64,000 nt of DNA from positions 6,984 to 70,983 of the IMG/VR virus record IMGVR_UViG_3300036766_001106. One strand, given 5' to 3'. Below are positions 1 through 8,328 of this stretch, one piece after another (within the stretch, counting starts at the first letter, position 1; each line of letters opens with the position of its first letter). The translations under genes and the position numbers were made by a program. Source of the DNA: a virus. The notes beneath the pieces are model-generated. The model saw only the letters and a list, made by a program, of their open reading frames with translations, made no database searches and was not told where the DNA came from.

Positions 1-82
1 GCTAACTGGCAAACCTTCAAAGATGCAGTTTTGGAGGGTATGGACTTGGCAAGACGAGATGGTTACTACCGGGGAGGCTACG

Positions 83-691
83 ATGACCAGACGCAAAATC
101 CCTGACGTTCTCCTGGCGGGGGAACAAGAGCTTATCCTGAAACAGTTCCTTGGGACCGACGAGGGGAACGGCCACCGCCGTGGCCGGCCCCTTAACCCCT
201 TCACCCGGCTCCGCAACCTCTGCCTGGTGCGCCTGATGCTTAACTCGGGGCTTCGTTGCTCGGAAGCCTTACACCTACGGTGCCGGGACCTGGAGCCTAC
301 CACCGGCAGGCTCAAGGTGCTGGGGAAGGGGAAGAAGGAGCGGATGCTTTGGCTCTGTGAGGCCGATGTCAACCTTCTCCTGGGATACTTCGACAATCAC
401 CCCGGGAACCCTGAGGACTTTATTTTTACTAACCTCAAGGGCGGGCCCTTGAAAGGTCGGTATGTTCGCTGGATGGTGGGTGAGGTGGCCCGGGCCGCCG
501 GGATCACCAAGAATATTCATCCCCACAGCTTGCGGCACACCTTCGCCACGGACCTGCTGCGGGCCACCAAGAACCTCAGGGTGGTCCAGAAGGCCCTGGG
601 GCATGAGAATATCGGGACCACGCAGATTTACACGCACATCGTGGATGAGGAATTGGAGGATGCAATGAAAAACTTTAGGAATGGAGGGTGA
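83..691 (+). CDS. Xer-like tyrosine recombinase/resolvase (catalytic domain only)
   Basis: GLRCSE, KGKKER, HPHSLRHTFAT, LGHENIGTTQIY motifs; SD GGGGAGG precedes ATG at 83. Confidence 0.92.
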   Translation: MTRRKIPDVLLAGEQELILKQFLGTDEGNGHRRGRPLNPFTRLRNLCLVRLMLNSGLRCSEALHLRCRDLEPTTGRLKVLGKGKKERMLWLCEADVNLLLGYFDNHPGNPEDFIFTNLKGGPLKGRYVRWMVGEVARAAGITKNIHPHSLRHTFATDLLRATKNLRVVQKALGHENIGTTQIYTHIVDEELEDAMKNFRNGG

Positions 692-692
692 G

Positions 693-926
693 ATGGGTAA
701 GGCACGCGTTAATGCACCAGCAGAAATATGTCCATGTTGCGGGAGAAGGATTCCTGGCTCTGCCAAGTCGAACAGGGATAAAAGGGACCTTGAAATCTTT
801 CGGCTCTACAAACATGGCCATTCCTATAGGTTTCTGATGGAAAAATTTAATCTTTCGGCGAGTGCGATTCGGTGGGCTATTCGCAGGGGGGAACGCAGGG
901 GGGAAGCCCTGGCGGCTACGGCTTAA
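693..926 (+). CDS. Small HTH regulator (Mor/C-like) with a CPCC motif
   Basis: RDLEIFRLY..GHSYRFLMEKFNLSASAIRWAI helix-turn-helix pattern; SD GGAGG. Confidence 0.6.
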   Translation: MGKARVNAPAEICPCCGRRIPGSAKSNRDKRDLEIFRLYKHGHSYRFLMEKFNLSASAIRWAIRRGERRGEALAATA

Positions 927-968
927 TGTGGCGCAAATCTTTTGCCGTAGCCGCCAGGTGCCGACTTC

Positions 969-1241
969 TTACTCCACCGCTTCCTTGAACGACTTCGCCG
1001 GCCTGAACTTCACCACTTTTCGCGCCGGGATCTTCACGGGGCCCCCGGTCTGAGGATTTCGGCCTACCCGAGCCGCCCGTTCCACCAGGGTGAAAACTCC
1101 GACGCCATCCATGGCGAACCGGCCGGTGTGCTGCACCTGGCTCACGATGATGTCCTTGATCCGGTTTACCGCGAGCTCGGCCGCCCACCTGGTGATGGAC
1201 GCTTCCTTTGCCACTTCACTGATCACTTCTGCTTTGGTCAT
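969..1241 (-). CDS. hup: HU/IHF-family histone-like DNA-binding protein
   Basis: MTKAEVI...GVGVFTLVERAARVGRNPQTG...IPARKVVKFRPAK; SD AAGGAG. Confidence 0.95.
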   Translation of the reverse strand: MTKAEVISEVAKEASITRWAAELAVNRIKDIIVSQVQHTGRFAMDGVGVFTLVERAARVGRNPQTGGPVKIPARKVVKFRPAKSFKEAVE

Positions 1242-1267
1242 GGTGGTCTCCTTTTAGATTATGGGGT

Positions 1268-1447
1268 CTATAACCCCTCTTTAATGCTCATAGCGGTTTT
1301 AGATACTTTCCCTTCTCGGTACTCCCGGCAGATGGGGTTGTCGATCAAGAGCCCTTCCTGGTAGTAGAAACAGAAAGCCGGGAAACCCTTCTCAAGCTCT
1401 TCGATCATATACTGCGGACAATTAACCTCGCGACAGGTCTGAGCCAT
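1268..1447 (-). CDS. Small Cys-containing hypothetical protein (59 aa, MAQTCREVNCPQ...)
   Basis: Read by hand, below the ORF-track cutoff; SD GAGGAGG; four Cys. Confidence 0.6.
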   Translation of the reverse strand: MAQTCREVNCPQYMIEELEKGFPAFCFYYQEGLLIDNPICREYREGKVSKTAMSIKEGL

Positions 1448-1524
1448 TGGACGCCTCCTCTGCTACTTTTGGTCATGGTGCTGGTCTCCTTTTGGTGGGG
1501 TCTTCGTTTTCTGCAAAAACCTGA

Positions 1525-1765
1525 TACCGGGTCGATGCGGTACAGTACCGCATGTTTTTCGCGATGCGGGACCACATAACTTGTTATAATAATAAGCGAA
1601 TAAAGCCAAAAGTACCGGGTACCGGGTAAAACGCAAAAATATGAACATGTGAAAAGTTTTTTGGAAGCGGTACCCGGTACCCGTCATGCTTGTTAGTCAG
1701 CACTGGTGCGGTCCCGCATCGATATCCGCGATGCGGGACGGTCCCGCATCGATCCGGGACCGGAA
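1525..1765. repeat. Putative replication origin: iteron-like direct and inverted repeats around an AT-rich core
   Basis: Several GATGCGG(G/T)AC and GTACC(G/C)G units in both orientations, directly downstream of the replicase genes. Confidence 0.7.
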
Positions 1766-1819
1766 AAAAGGGATAAAAACTTTTTTGTAAATTTTATTCA
1801 GCGCGTGCCCTGCACTTGG

Positions 1820-2875
1820 TTAAGAATCTTCACGCTCTCTTCCGTCCATTGTTTTCTTAAATACCATCTCTTTTATCTCTTCCGACATACCATCCAGGTT
1901 CATACACCAGGCGCGGACGTTCTGGCGGTTCCATTTAAACTGCTCCGGTTCATGCCCCAAGCTGGGTAGGAGGATGGTTAATTTCTTGATGGTTTTATAT
2001 CCGAGCATCCTGGCTTCCATAAACAGTTCGGAGACCCGGGAATATAATTTCGGCTTCTCGCCTTTGCGTTGCACGATAAAAAAGGCTACATGGTGAGGGA
2101 TGGACTGGTTTGACGAGAAATACGTCAAACCCCGGTAACGTTCTATATAGGTGTTCAGAAATTCCCGCAACTCACCAAGGGTGCTGGATTCCTGCCCCAC
2201 GTCCTGCTGGATGGACAGCCGGAATATTTGCCTGACGACTTCATGCCAGGCGCCGCCCCCCTTTGGTTCAGCGATTTTTTTGGGCACCAGCAGGCCGGCC
2301 TGGGCGAATCTTTTGATGAAGAGGCGTTGTTCGACGAGGTCCGCTGCCGTGATCATCACGCTGTCGTCTTCGCCCAGGGAAAATTCCAGGACGGAGTCAT
2401 CGCTCTGGGTGACCCGGATGTCGCTGATGGGCAGGCTCAGACGTTCACCTAAGCCCTGCAGGGCGGCCTGGCGCTGTTCTTCCCAGGATAGGGTATTGGG
2501 TTCGGATGTCGCCTTCCCTTCTTGCGCCCCGGTTTTGATCCGTTTTCGAGCCTCCATGCGGGCGACACTGGCAACACTAGCTTGGAGTTCTTTATCAGGC
2601 AGGGGTTCGGTGTTTTTTGTGTTCCAGGCCCGGAGCATTTCCAATACTCGGGGTTCTGGGTCGCCGCCGCCCAGGTAGAATCCTGCTAGTTTTGCGGCGA
2701 CGCTATTGCGTTCCCCTACAGGCACCCCCCTCCAGGCAACAGTCACCCAATCTTCATCAGGAGGGAGCAGGTCACCTTGAGCAAGCTCTACCAGGGCGAC
2801 TTCCCGTTCGATAAAATCCAGCATCCAGGGGGGAGGAACGGCTATATTTTCCTGGGCCATAAGTCCTCTAGTCAT
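1820..2875 (-). CDS. Primase C-terminal (PriCT-1) replication protein; downstream half of the split Prim-Pol
   Basis: IAVPPPWML, GVPVGERNSVAAKLAG, AWNTKNTEPLPDKEL; alternative start ATG at 2860. Confidence 0.8.
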   Translation of the reverse strand: MTRGLMAQENIAVPPPWMLDFIEREVALVELAQGDLLPPDEDWVTVAWRGVPVGERNSVAAKLAGFYLGGGDPEPRVLEMLRAWNTKNTEPLPDKELQASVASVARMEARKRIKTGAQEGKATSEPNTLSWEEQRQAALQGLGERLSLPISDIRVTQSDDSVLEFSLGEDDSVMITAADLVEQRLFIKRFAQAGLLVPKKIAEPKGGGAWHEVVRQIFRLSIQQDVGQESSTLGELREFLNTYIERYRGLTYFSSNQSIPHHVAFFIVQRKGEKPKLYSRVSELFMEARMLGYKTIKKLTILLPSLGHEPEQFKWNRQNVRAWCMNLDGMSEEIKEMVFKKTMDGREREDS

Positions 2876-3323
2876 CCAAGTTCATAAACTCGTTCCATTC
2901 ATAATCACCGCCTCTGGGATGTCTTGAAGGTGGTGCCACGACGTAGCCCCCATCGGCCTTGATGTCGGCACCGGGGATTTTCTTGAGGGAGTTCTTGATC
3001 TTGCCTCCCGGGTGCTTGAAATAAAGATGGTACTTTCCCCCACTGGTTTTTACCATGGGGGTTATCGGCAGATTATGGTTGTTTTGTTTCAGCCATGCCT
3101 CGAAGGTGGTGGGGTCGTCCACATCCAGCACGAAGATACCCGAGACTGCCCCGCAGACGATGGCGACTTGATCTAACAGCCCTTTATCTCGCCATTCTTT
3201 GACTTCATCCTGGGTGGGGCGGCGGGTTTGGTAAACGGCCCAAGCAAAGAGAGGCTTTTTGCTATTTTTGCGAAGCGGAAAGAAAGAAAACCCGTGTTTT
3301 TGGTATAGTTCAATGAGGTCCAT
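2868..3323 (-). CDS. Bifunctional DNA primase/polymerase, N-terminal domain
   Basis: FFPLRKNSKKP, VLDVDD, KTSGGKYHLYF, DIKADGGYVVAPPS, YEW. Confidence 0.92.
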   Translation of the reverse strand: MDLIELYQKHGFSFFPLRKNSKKPLFAWAVYQTRRPTQDEVKEWRDKGLLDQVAIVCGAVSGIFVLDVDDPTTFEAWLKQNNHNLPITPMVKTSGGKYHLYFKHPGGKIKNSLKKIPGADIKADGGYVVAPPSRHPRGGDYEWNEFMNLDD

Positions 3324-3372
3324 AATCTCTCCTAAGATGGGGGCTCCCCGACGAAGGGAGCCCCTCTTGGTG

Positions 3373-4077
3373 TTAATTCATCGGGAAATCTTCTTTGGTC
3401 ACGGAACGCCGCAAGAGGGGGCCCATGGCATGAGCATAATCCTCCATGGCCTTGGCTTGTGCAGGATCGAGCTTCCCGGCTAGGGTGAAAACGGCGGTGC
3501 TGTAGGCGATACCGTCGCTGCTCTTGGTTTTCTCCAGCGTGATTCTGGTTACCGCGGCCTGATATTTGAGGCCGTTGCTAGCCAGGCGCAGGAGATACCG
3601 AGTACCGGCTTTGAGAGAGGTGGGCGGCAGATTGACCACCAGGGGGAGCATGGAAGAGGGGCGCAGGACGAACAGACGCTTGATCTGTTTACACGCCTGG
3701 CCTTTGCCCCGGGAGTCACTGCCGAACTCGGCAAATTTGCAGAACTTACAGGTCCCGCCCGGATCGCCGACGCCGGTTACGTTGTCCTCGCTGACACAAT
3801 CCGGCGGATCGCCACCGCCGGTGAACTCCCCGGCCCAATAGGCCCGACAGTTCTGCACGCCGACAATGACGCCGACGATCTCCGGGATGTTCTCCTCGCC
3901 CTCCAGGGTGGGAACACACCAGGTAACACCACCACCGGCCGGGATCGAGACACGATCCAGGTCCATGGGGGACAGGGTTTCGCCTTCCAGATTGCTCTTG
4001 AGGGCCTCGATGGCGCCCTGAGCATTCGCCAGTACCATGAAGGTTGCTGTTTCTTTGACTGCCAGTTCTTTTGCCAT
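3373..4077 (-). CDS. Phage replication/recombination protein, possibly SSB-like, with Cys motifs
   Basis: RAYW, PPDCVS, CKFC, GKGQACK; replication-module context. Confidence 0.55.
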   Translation of the reverse strand: MAKELAVKETATFMVLANAQGAIEALKSNLEGETLSPMDLDRVSIPAGGGVTWCVPTLEGEENIPEIVGVIVGVQNCRAYWAGEFTGGGDPPDCVSEDNVTGVGDPGGTCKFCKFAEFGSDSRGKGQACKQIKRLFVLRPSSMLPLVVNLPPTSLKAGTRYLLRLASNGLKYQAAVTRITLEKTKSSDGIAYSTAVFTLAGKLDPAQAKAMEDYAHAMGPLLRRSVTKEDFPMN

Positions 4078-4105
4078 TGATCTTTGCTCCTTTATCTTTT
4101 ATCTT

Positions 4106-4525
4106 TCACGATCTGCTGGATCGTGTAACGCCGAGCTTGAATAGTTCAACGATCTGGATGGCTCCGGCTATCTCGGGGGGGATTTCGCCGCCCGCCGCGT
4201 CGATTTCCCGGACATAGGCAGAGAGCCTATTCGCGTTGACGGACTCCTTCACCATGTCGTCATAGCCGATGGCTCGGAACCCGCTATCCAGGTCGGCCTC
4301 GTGACCCGGGATACAACTGGCCCGGAGCTCGCGACGGGGGGAGATGGTGAACCTCCCTGTATCGGTTTCGACCTTGAGGCTGGCGATCCCCTCATCTCCC
4401 ATGCGCTCAAGCAAAGACCTTTCCATTTTGGCTTGTTCTGTGGTTAATTTCTTGACGGTAGCTTCTGCGTCACGCCTTTGGGCTACTAGGACCGCGTAGT
4501 TCCGTGCTTCTTCGGATAATGTCAT
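4106..4525 (-). CDS. Conserved phage replication-module protein
   Basis: SD AGGAGG; N-terminal coiled coil; gene context. Confidence 0.6.
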   Translation of the reverse strand: MTLSEEARNYAVLVAQRRDAEATVKKLTTEQAKMERSLLERMGDEGIASLKVETDTGRFTISPRRELRASCIPGHEADLDSGFRAIGYDDMVKESVNANRLSAYVREIDAAGGEIPPEIAGAIQIVELFKLGVTRSSRS

Positions 4526-4546
4526 ATATCCTCCTTTGGGCGGTCA

Positions 4547-4729
4547 TCAAGGAGCTTTTATCAAAGGTTGAGAATCTTGAGAGAGAAGTTCAGTTTTTGA
4601 GGCAAGGTCGCCAATAATTTCTCTTTCCCTTGCCTCAATCATTTCCACAAGGCAATTTAGGAAAATCTGATCCATTGCCGTGTGAGGCTTCAAAAGGATG
4701 CTCTCACTGTCCAGTTTTGTTAATTGCAT
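4547..4729 (-). CDS. Hypothetical protein
   Basis: SD AAGGAGG; operon context. Confidence 0.55.
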   Translation of the reverse strand: MQLTKLDSESILLKPHTAMDQIFLNCLVEMIEAREREIIGDLASKTELLSQDSQPLIKAP

Positions 4730-4743
4730 ATAATTCCTCCTTT

Positions 4744-5097
4744 TTATAACCCGTTTCCATCACCGCGCCGGACGGAGGCTCGCCGGGCCGCGGCCGCTTT
4801 CTTCTCCTGGTCTTCCCCCAGCGCCGGGGTGAACAATCCATATTCCAGGGACAGCTTGGCCCCGTCCATGAAAATCATCTGCCGGGTGGACAGCTTCATA
4901 GAGGCATGGGCCAGGCCATGGGTGCGTACCCACCGGGACCCCAGCCACCGAAACAAGAATACCCCCACCTCATCCACCAGGAGGCGAATATCCCCTTTTC
5001 CCCAGGTACTCCATCCCTGCCCCTCCCAACCACAACTATTTAGCAGGGCAACTAGCTTTCCCCGGGGATTCTTTTCGTAATTTTCGCTGTTGGGCAC
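4744..5097 (-). CDS. Hypothetical protein
   Basis: Fills the gap downstream of cro; start uncertain. Confidence 0.5.
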   Translation of the reverse strand: MPNSENYEKNPRGKLVALLNSCGWEGQGWSTWGKGDIRLLVDEVGVFLFRWLGSRWVRTHGLAHASMKLSTRQMIFMDGAKLSLEYGLFTPALGEDQEKKAAAARRASVRRGDGNGL

Positions 5098-5323
5098 GGC
5101 AGTTCCGGGAAATATGATGAATTAAATAGGGAATCAAGTCTTTGAGCCGGGGCTTCAGATCCAAAATGTCGATGGAGTAGCCCTCCTCTTCGAGGAGGTC
5201 CACGATCTTCATGGCCATACCATCCGGCAGCTTGCGTTTGCCATGGTTCCAACGAGAAACCAGGGACTTGTCGACTCCCAAGACCGGAGCGAATCGTACC
5301 GGAATTTTAAAGATGGGTTTCAT
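5036..5323 (-). CDS. Cro-like HTH repressor
   Basis: FAPVLGVDKSLVSRWNHGKRKLP HTH; divergent from cI. Confidence 0.8.
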   Translation of the reverse strand: MKPIFKIPVRFAPVLGVDKSLVSRWNHGKRKLPDGMAMKIVDLLEEEGYSIDILDLKPRLKDLIPYLIHHISRNCRAQQRKLRKESPGKASCPAK

Positions 5324-5330
5324 AATCTGG

Positions 5331-5359
5331 AAGGTATGACAAGCTGGCAACGATTGCAA
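5331..5359 (-). promoter_or_regulatory. Sigma70-type promoter for cro (TTGCAA-17-TACCTT) overlapping an operator
   Basis: -10 box lies 7 nt before the cro ATG; operator TGACA-AGC-TGGCA at 5337-5349. Confidence 0.6.
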
Positions 5360-5627
5360 GAAGTTTTTATTTCATTAAACGCTTTTTTTTGGTTGACTTT
5401 TTGGCACAGATGACTATAAGATGACTCCTAGGGATTTTCGGAAGCTATTTTTAGGGAATCCCTAATAGCAATTAAGGGGGATAATCATCTAAAATAGGAG
5501 GAAGGCGCATCGGCGCCCTCGGGAAAAAATGCTGGAAACTTTAATTTCATCAAAATCAACATCAAAATCAATTAAATCAAGGAATTATCTTGACAGGAGG
5601 TTGACTAATTGGCTTATAATTGGCGCT

Positions 5628-6245
5628 ATGATAAACGAGCGTATCCGAGCGTTAATGCGGGCGCGGGGCTGGAAGATCAAGGATCTGGCCGACGAAATCG
5701 AACGGCTGAGCCCTGCCCAAAAAATTCATCAATCTCAACTCTCCCGGATGCTTGCCGGCAAACGCCAGTGGCTCATGCCTCACTTGGAGATCGTGGCAAA
5801 AGCCCTTCGAGTACAAGTAGGGGATTTGGCTGACGAAACTGTCGCCATCCCCGTTGTTGCAGAAATTTCTGCTACCCAAAACTGTCTGTATCCTGATAGT
5901 ACTGAGGACAGAAATTTGGGGTACTTGCCACTACCACGCATCATTGCCGAAAAAAAGGACTGGCCAATGGCAGAAGAACTTTACGGGATAAGGATTAAGG
6001 ACGAGAGTTATGCCCCGGTAATCTCCAAAGGGGCGGAACTGATCGTCCAGCGCCACGGGGAGAAGAAGGAGGAGGACCTGGTAATCTATTGCGATACGAG
6101 CAACAGAATGTACCTTGGCCGCCTATTTTTTCACGAGGGCAACCTGCTGCTCCGTTCCCTCAACTCCAGCACCCAAAAAGATATGATTTTACCTCGGCGC
6201 CTGTTGTCGAACATGGACCGGGTAGTCGCCCAACTTTTCATCTAA
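5628..6245 (+). CDS. CI-like repressor (XRE HTH plus degenerate S24 domain)
   Basis: INERIRALM...IHQSQLSRMLAGKR; YGIRIKDESYAP..KGAELIV. Confidence 0.85.
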   Translation: MINERIRALMRARGWKIKDLADEIERLSPAQKIHQSQLSRMLAGKRQWLMPHLEIVAKALRVQVGDLADETVAIPVVAEISATQNCLYPDSTEDRNLGYLPLPRIIAEKKDWPMAEELYGIRIKDESYAPVISKGAELIVQRHGEKKEEDLVIYCDTSNRMYLGRLFFHEGNLLLRSLNSSTQKDMILPRRLLSNMDRVVAQLFI

Positions 6246-6261
6246 ACATAGTTTTTAACTA

Positions 6262-6310
6262 AGAAAATCGCCGCGCTGCATTTTTTTTCAAGCGCGGCGA
6301 TTTTTTTATT
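6262..6310 (+). terminator. Intrinsic terminator after cI, probably bidirectional
   Basis: AAAATCGCCGCGCT...AGCGCGGCGATTTTTTT. Confidence 0.8.
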
Positions 6311-6340
6311 GACTAAACCTTGACATAATGGCATAGTCAA
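6309..6340 (+). promoter_or_regulatory. Early rightward promoter with operator
   Basis: TTGACT-17-CATAGT; operator TGACA-TAA-TGGCA at 6321-6333. Confidence 0.6.
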
Positions 6341-6341
6341 A

Positions 6342-6608
6342 ATGCCTATGGGAACAGTCTATTTAATCCATTTTGATCGCCCTTACCACCACGCCCGGCA
6401 TTATTTGGGCTACACCGATGATCTACCGGCTCGTTTGGATCGGCACCTGGCCGGAAACGGCGGACGGCTGCTCCAGGTGGTCCGGGCCGCGGGCATCGGT
6501 TACCAGGTGGTACGAGCCTGGGAAGGGGACCGGGGCCTGGAACGAAAACTAAAAAAGCAGAAGGGGTCGCCCCGGCTGTGCCCTATCTGCAAGGGGCAGA
6601 AAACGTGA
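6342..6608 (+). CDS. Small GIY-YIG-family endonuclease
   Basis: GTVYLIHF...HYLGYTDDLPARLDRH...LERKLK...CPIC. Confidence 0.85.
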   Translation: MPMGTVYLIHFDRPYHHARHYLGYTDDLPARLDRHLAGNGGRLLQVVRAAGIGYQVVRAWEGDRGLERKLKKQKGSPRLCPICKGQKT

Positions 6609-6724
6609 TCTGGTGGAAATGGTTCAATCGCACCCCCTGGGGGAACGATCCCACCTTATTGGACATAGTTCTCGACGTCGGCCTGATTCTCTTCATGGCC
6701 GCTATTTTGTTGACCTGCTGCTAG
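6605..6724 (+). CDS. Small membrane peptide (39 aa, MIWWKWFNRTPWG...LLTCC)
   Basis: GTGA overlap with the upstream stop; one hydrophobic segment. Confidence 0.5.
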   Translation: MIWWKWFNRTPWGNDPTLLDIVLDVGLILFMAAILLTCC

Positions 6725-6737
6725 TATAAAAAACCGG

Positions 6738-6833
6738 GTCCGCTAAGGGGTCGGCCAACCTTGAGGCGGCGCAAGAATGAAAAAGACGGCATTCGGGTGC
6801 CCGAACACCTGGATGTCGTCTTTTTTATTGCCC
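6738..6833 (+). ncRNA. Candidate cis-regulatory RNA, copy 1 (CGGCCA-loop hairpin, GCAAGA, switchable terminator)
   Basis: Homologous, with compensatory changes, to 57315-57410 on the minus strand. Confidence 0.65.
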
Positions 6834-6845
6834 GAGTGGAGGGTT

Positions 6846-8219
6846 ATGGACCTTTGGTCCCATCAGGTTGAAGCAGTTCGATTCCTTGCTCCTCTCGGGG
6901 CCGGTGGTTGCTTCTTCGAGATGGGCTGCGGCAAGACCCGCGTGGCTTTGGAACTCCTGCGTCTCTGGGAAATGAACTTTGCCCTGGTGATAGCCCCGAA
7001 AACTGTGATGCAGGTCTGGGAGCGGGAAGCTAAGAAACACCTGGACGGTCATTTCTCGGTGACAGTCCTTAATGGCACCCTTCCGGCCCGAACTAAACAG
7101 GCCGAACAAGCTATGCGGCGCAAGGGGTCCCTCGTGGTGGTCAACTACGAGGCGGTTTGGTTGGAGCCCCTGGCGTCCTTGCTCAAGCGCGCTCTCCCTG
7201 GAGTGATAATCCTCGATGAGGCCCACCGGATCAAGGCTCCTGGGGGGAAGTCCTCCCGGTTTTTAAAAGACTTGGGTAAGCTGGCCCGGCACCGCCTGGC
7301 GCTCACCGGGACACCCATACCGCATTCCCCCCTAGATGCTTATGCCCTGTACCGTTTCCTTGATCCCAACATCTTCGGCTATTCCTTTACCCGCTTCCGG
7401 GCCCGGTATGCCGTCATGGGGGGTTATGGGGGGTATGAAGTAAAGGGCTGGCAGAACTTGGAAGAGCTTCACGAGAAGATGTACCGGATAGCCTGCCGGG
7501 TGCGCTCTGAGGACGTACTGGATCTCCCGGAGACCATGGATGAGGTTTTAACCTATAAGTTGAGCCCCAAGGCTACCAAGATTTACCGGGACTTGGAGAA
7601 ACATCTTATCGCCGACATCGAGACGGGCGAGGTCACCGCGGCGAACGCCATGGTCAAGCTGCTCCGCCTCCAACAGCTCACCGGAGGTTGGCTGAGGGCT
7701 GACGACAATGAGCACCCCGAACGGGTGGACACCGGCAAGGCCGATCTCCTGCAAGACCTCCTGGAGGGCATGACTTCTTCTGATGACCTATGGATAGACG
7801 TCACCAAAGAGCAGGTGGTCGTGTTCTGCCGGTTTCACCAGGACCTCGACTCAATCCTTGCTGCCTGTAAATCTCTGGGCATCATCTGTGCTGAACTCTC
7901 TGGCCGGCGCAGTGAATTGTCCCTCTGGGAAAGTCGGGACGCCCAGGTCCTGGCGGCGCAGTTGCAGAGCGGGGGTCTGGGGATTGACCTGACCGCGGCC
8001 CGGTACTGCATCTTCTACAGCCATGGCTTCTCCCTGGGCGACTATCAGCAGGCCCGGGCCCGGGTTCACCGGCCCGGACAGAGCCGTAAGGTCACCTATT
8101 ACCACCTCTGTGCAGCCGGGACAGTGGACGAGAAAATCATCAGGGCCTTGGAGAACCGGGCCGACCTGGTCAAGTTCGTGATTGATGATCTGAGATGGGT
8201 ATTCCTGAAGAAGAAATGA
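6846..8219 (+). CDS. SNF2-family helicase
   Basis: EMGCGKT, LDEAH, LTGTP, GGLGIDLT, QARARVHRPGQ; SD GGAGGG. Confidence 0.93.
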   Translation: MDLWSHQVEAVRFLAPLGAGGCFFEMGCGKTRVALELLRLWEMNFALVIAPKTVMQVWEREAKKHLDGHFSVTVLNGTLPARTKQAEQAMRRKGSLVVVNYEAVWLEPLASLLKRALPGVIILDEAHRIKAPGGKSSRFLKDLGKLARHRLALTGTPIPHSPLDAYALYRFLDPNIFGYSFTRFRARYAVMGGYGGYEVKGWQNLEELHEKMYRIACRVRSEDVLDLPETMDEVLTYKLSPKATKIYRDLEKHLIADIETGEVTAANAMVKLLRLQQLTGGWLRADDNEHPERVDTGKADLLQDLLEGMTSSDDLWIDVTKEQVVVFCRFHQDLDSILAACKSLGIICAELSGRRSELSLWESRDAQVLAAQLQSGGLGIDLTAARYCIFYSHGFSLGDYQQARARVHRPGQSRKVTYYHLCAAGTVDEKIIRALENRADLVKFVIDDLRWVFLKKK

Positions 8220-8225
8220 GGACCC

Positions 8226-8327
8226 ATGATGAAAGATCAAATTCTTGGTCTCACCCCGAATGTGTCAGAAAATATTCGGAAATCTGTAGGCAGAGAAGAG
8301 GGCAGCAAAAACAAGGAGTTTCACTGA
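8226..8327 (+). CDS. 33-aa ORF, possibly the frameshifted N-terminus of the UvrD helicase
   Basis: Ends KEFH-stop, 1 nt before VIGPPGTGKT. Confidence 0.4.
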   Translation: MMKDQILGLTPNVSENIRKSVGREEGSKNKEFH

Positions 8328-8328
8328 C

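Noticed and set aside
1525-1765. CRISPR array
   Set aside because: Repeats are short, in both orientations and lack regular spacers; no cas genes.
7768-7806. Apparent short insert MTSSDDLWIDVT in the SNF2 helicase
   Set aside because: In-frame and in a variable loop; cannot be judged without an alignment.
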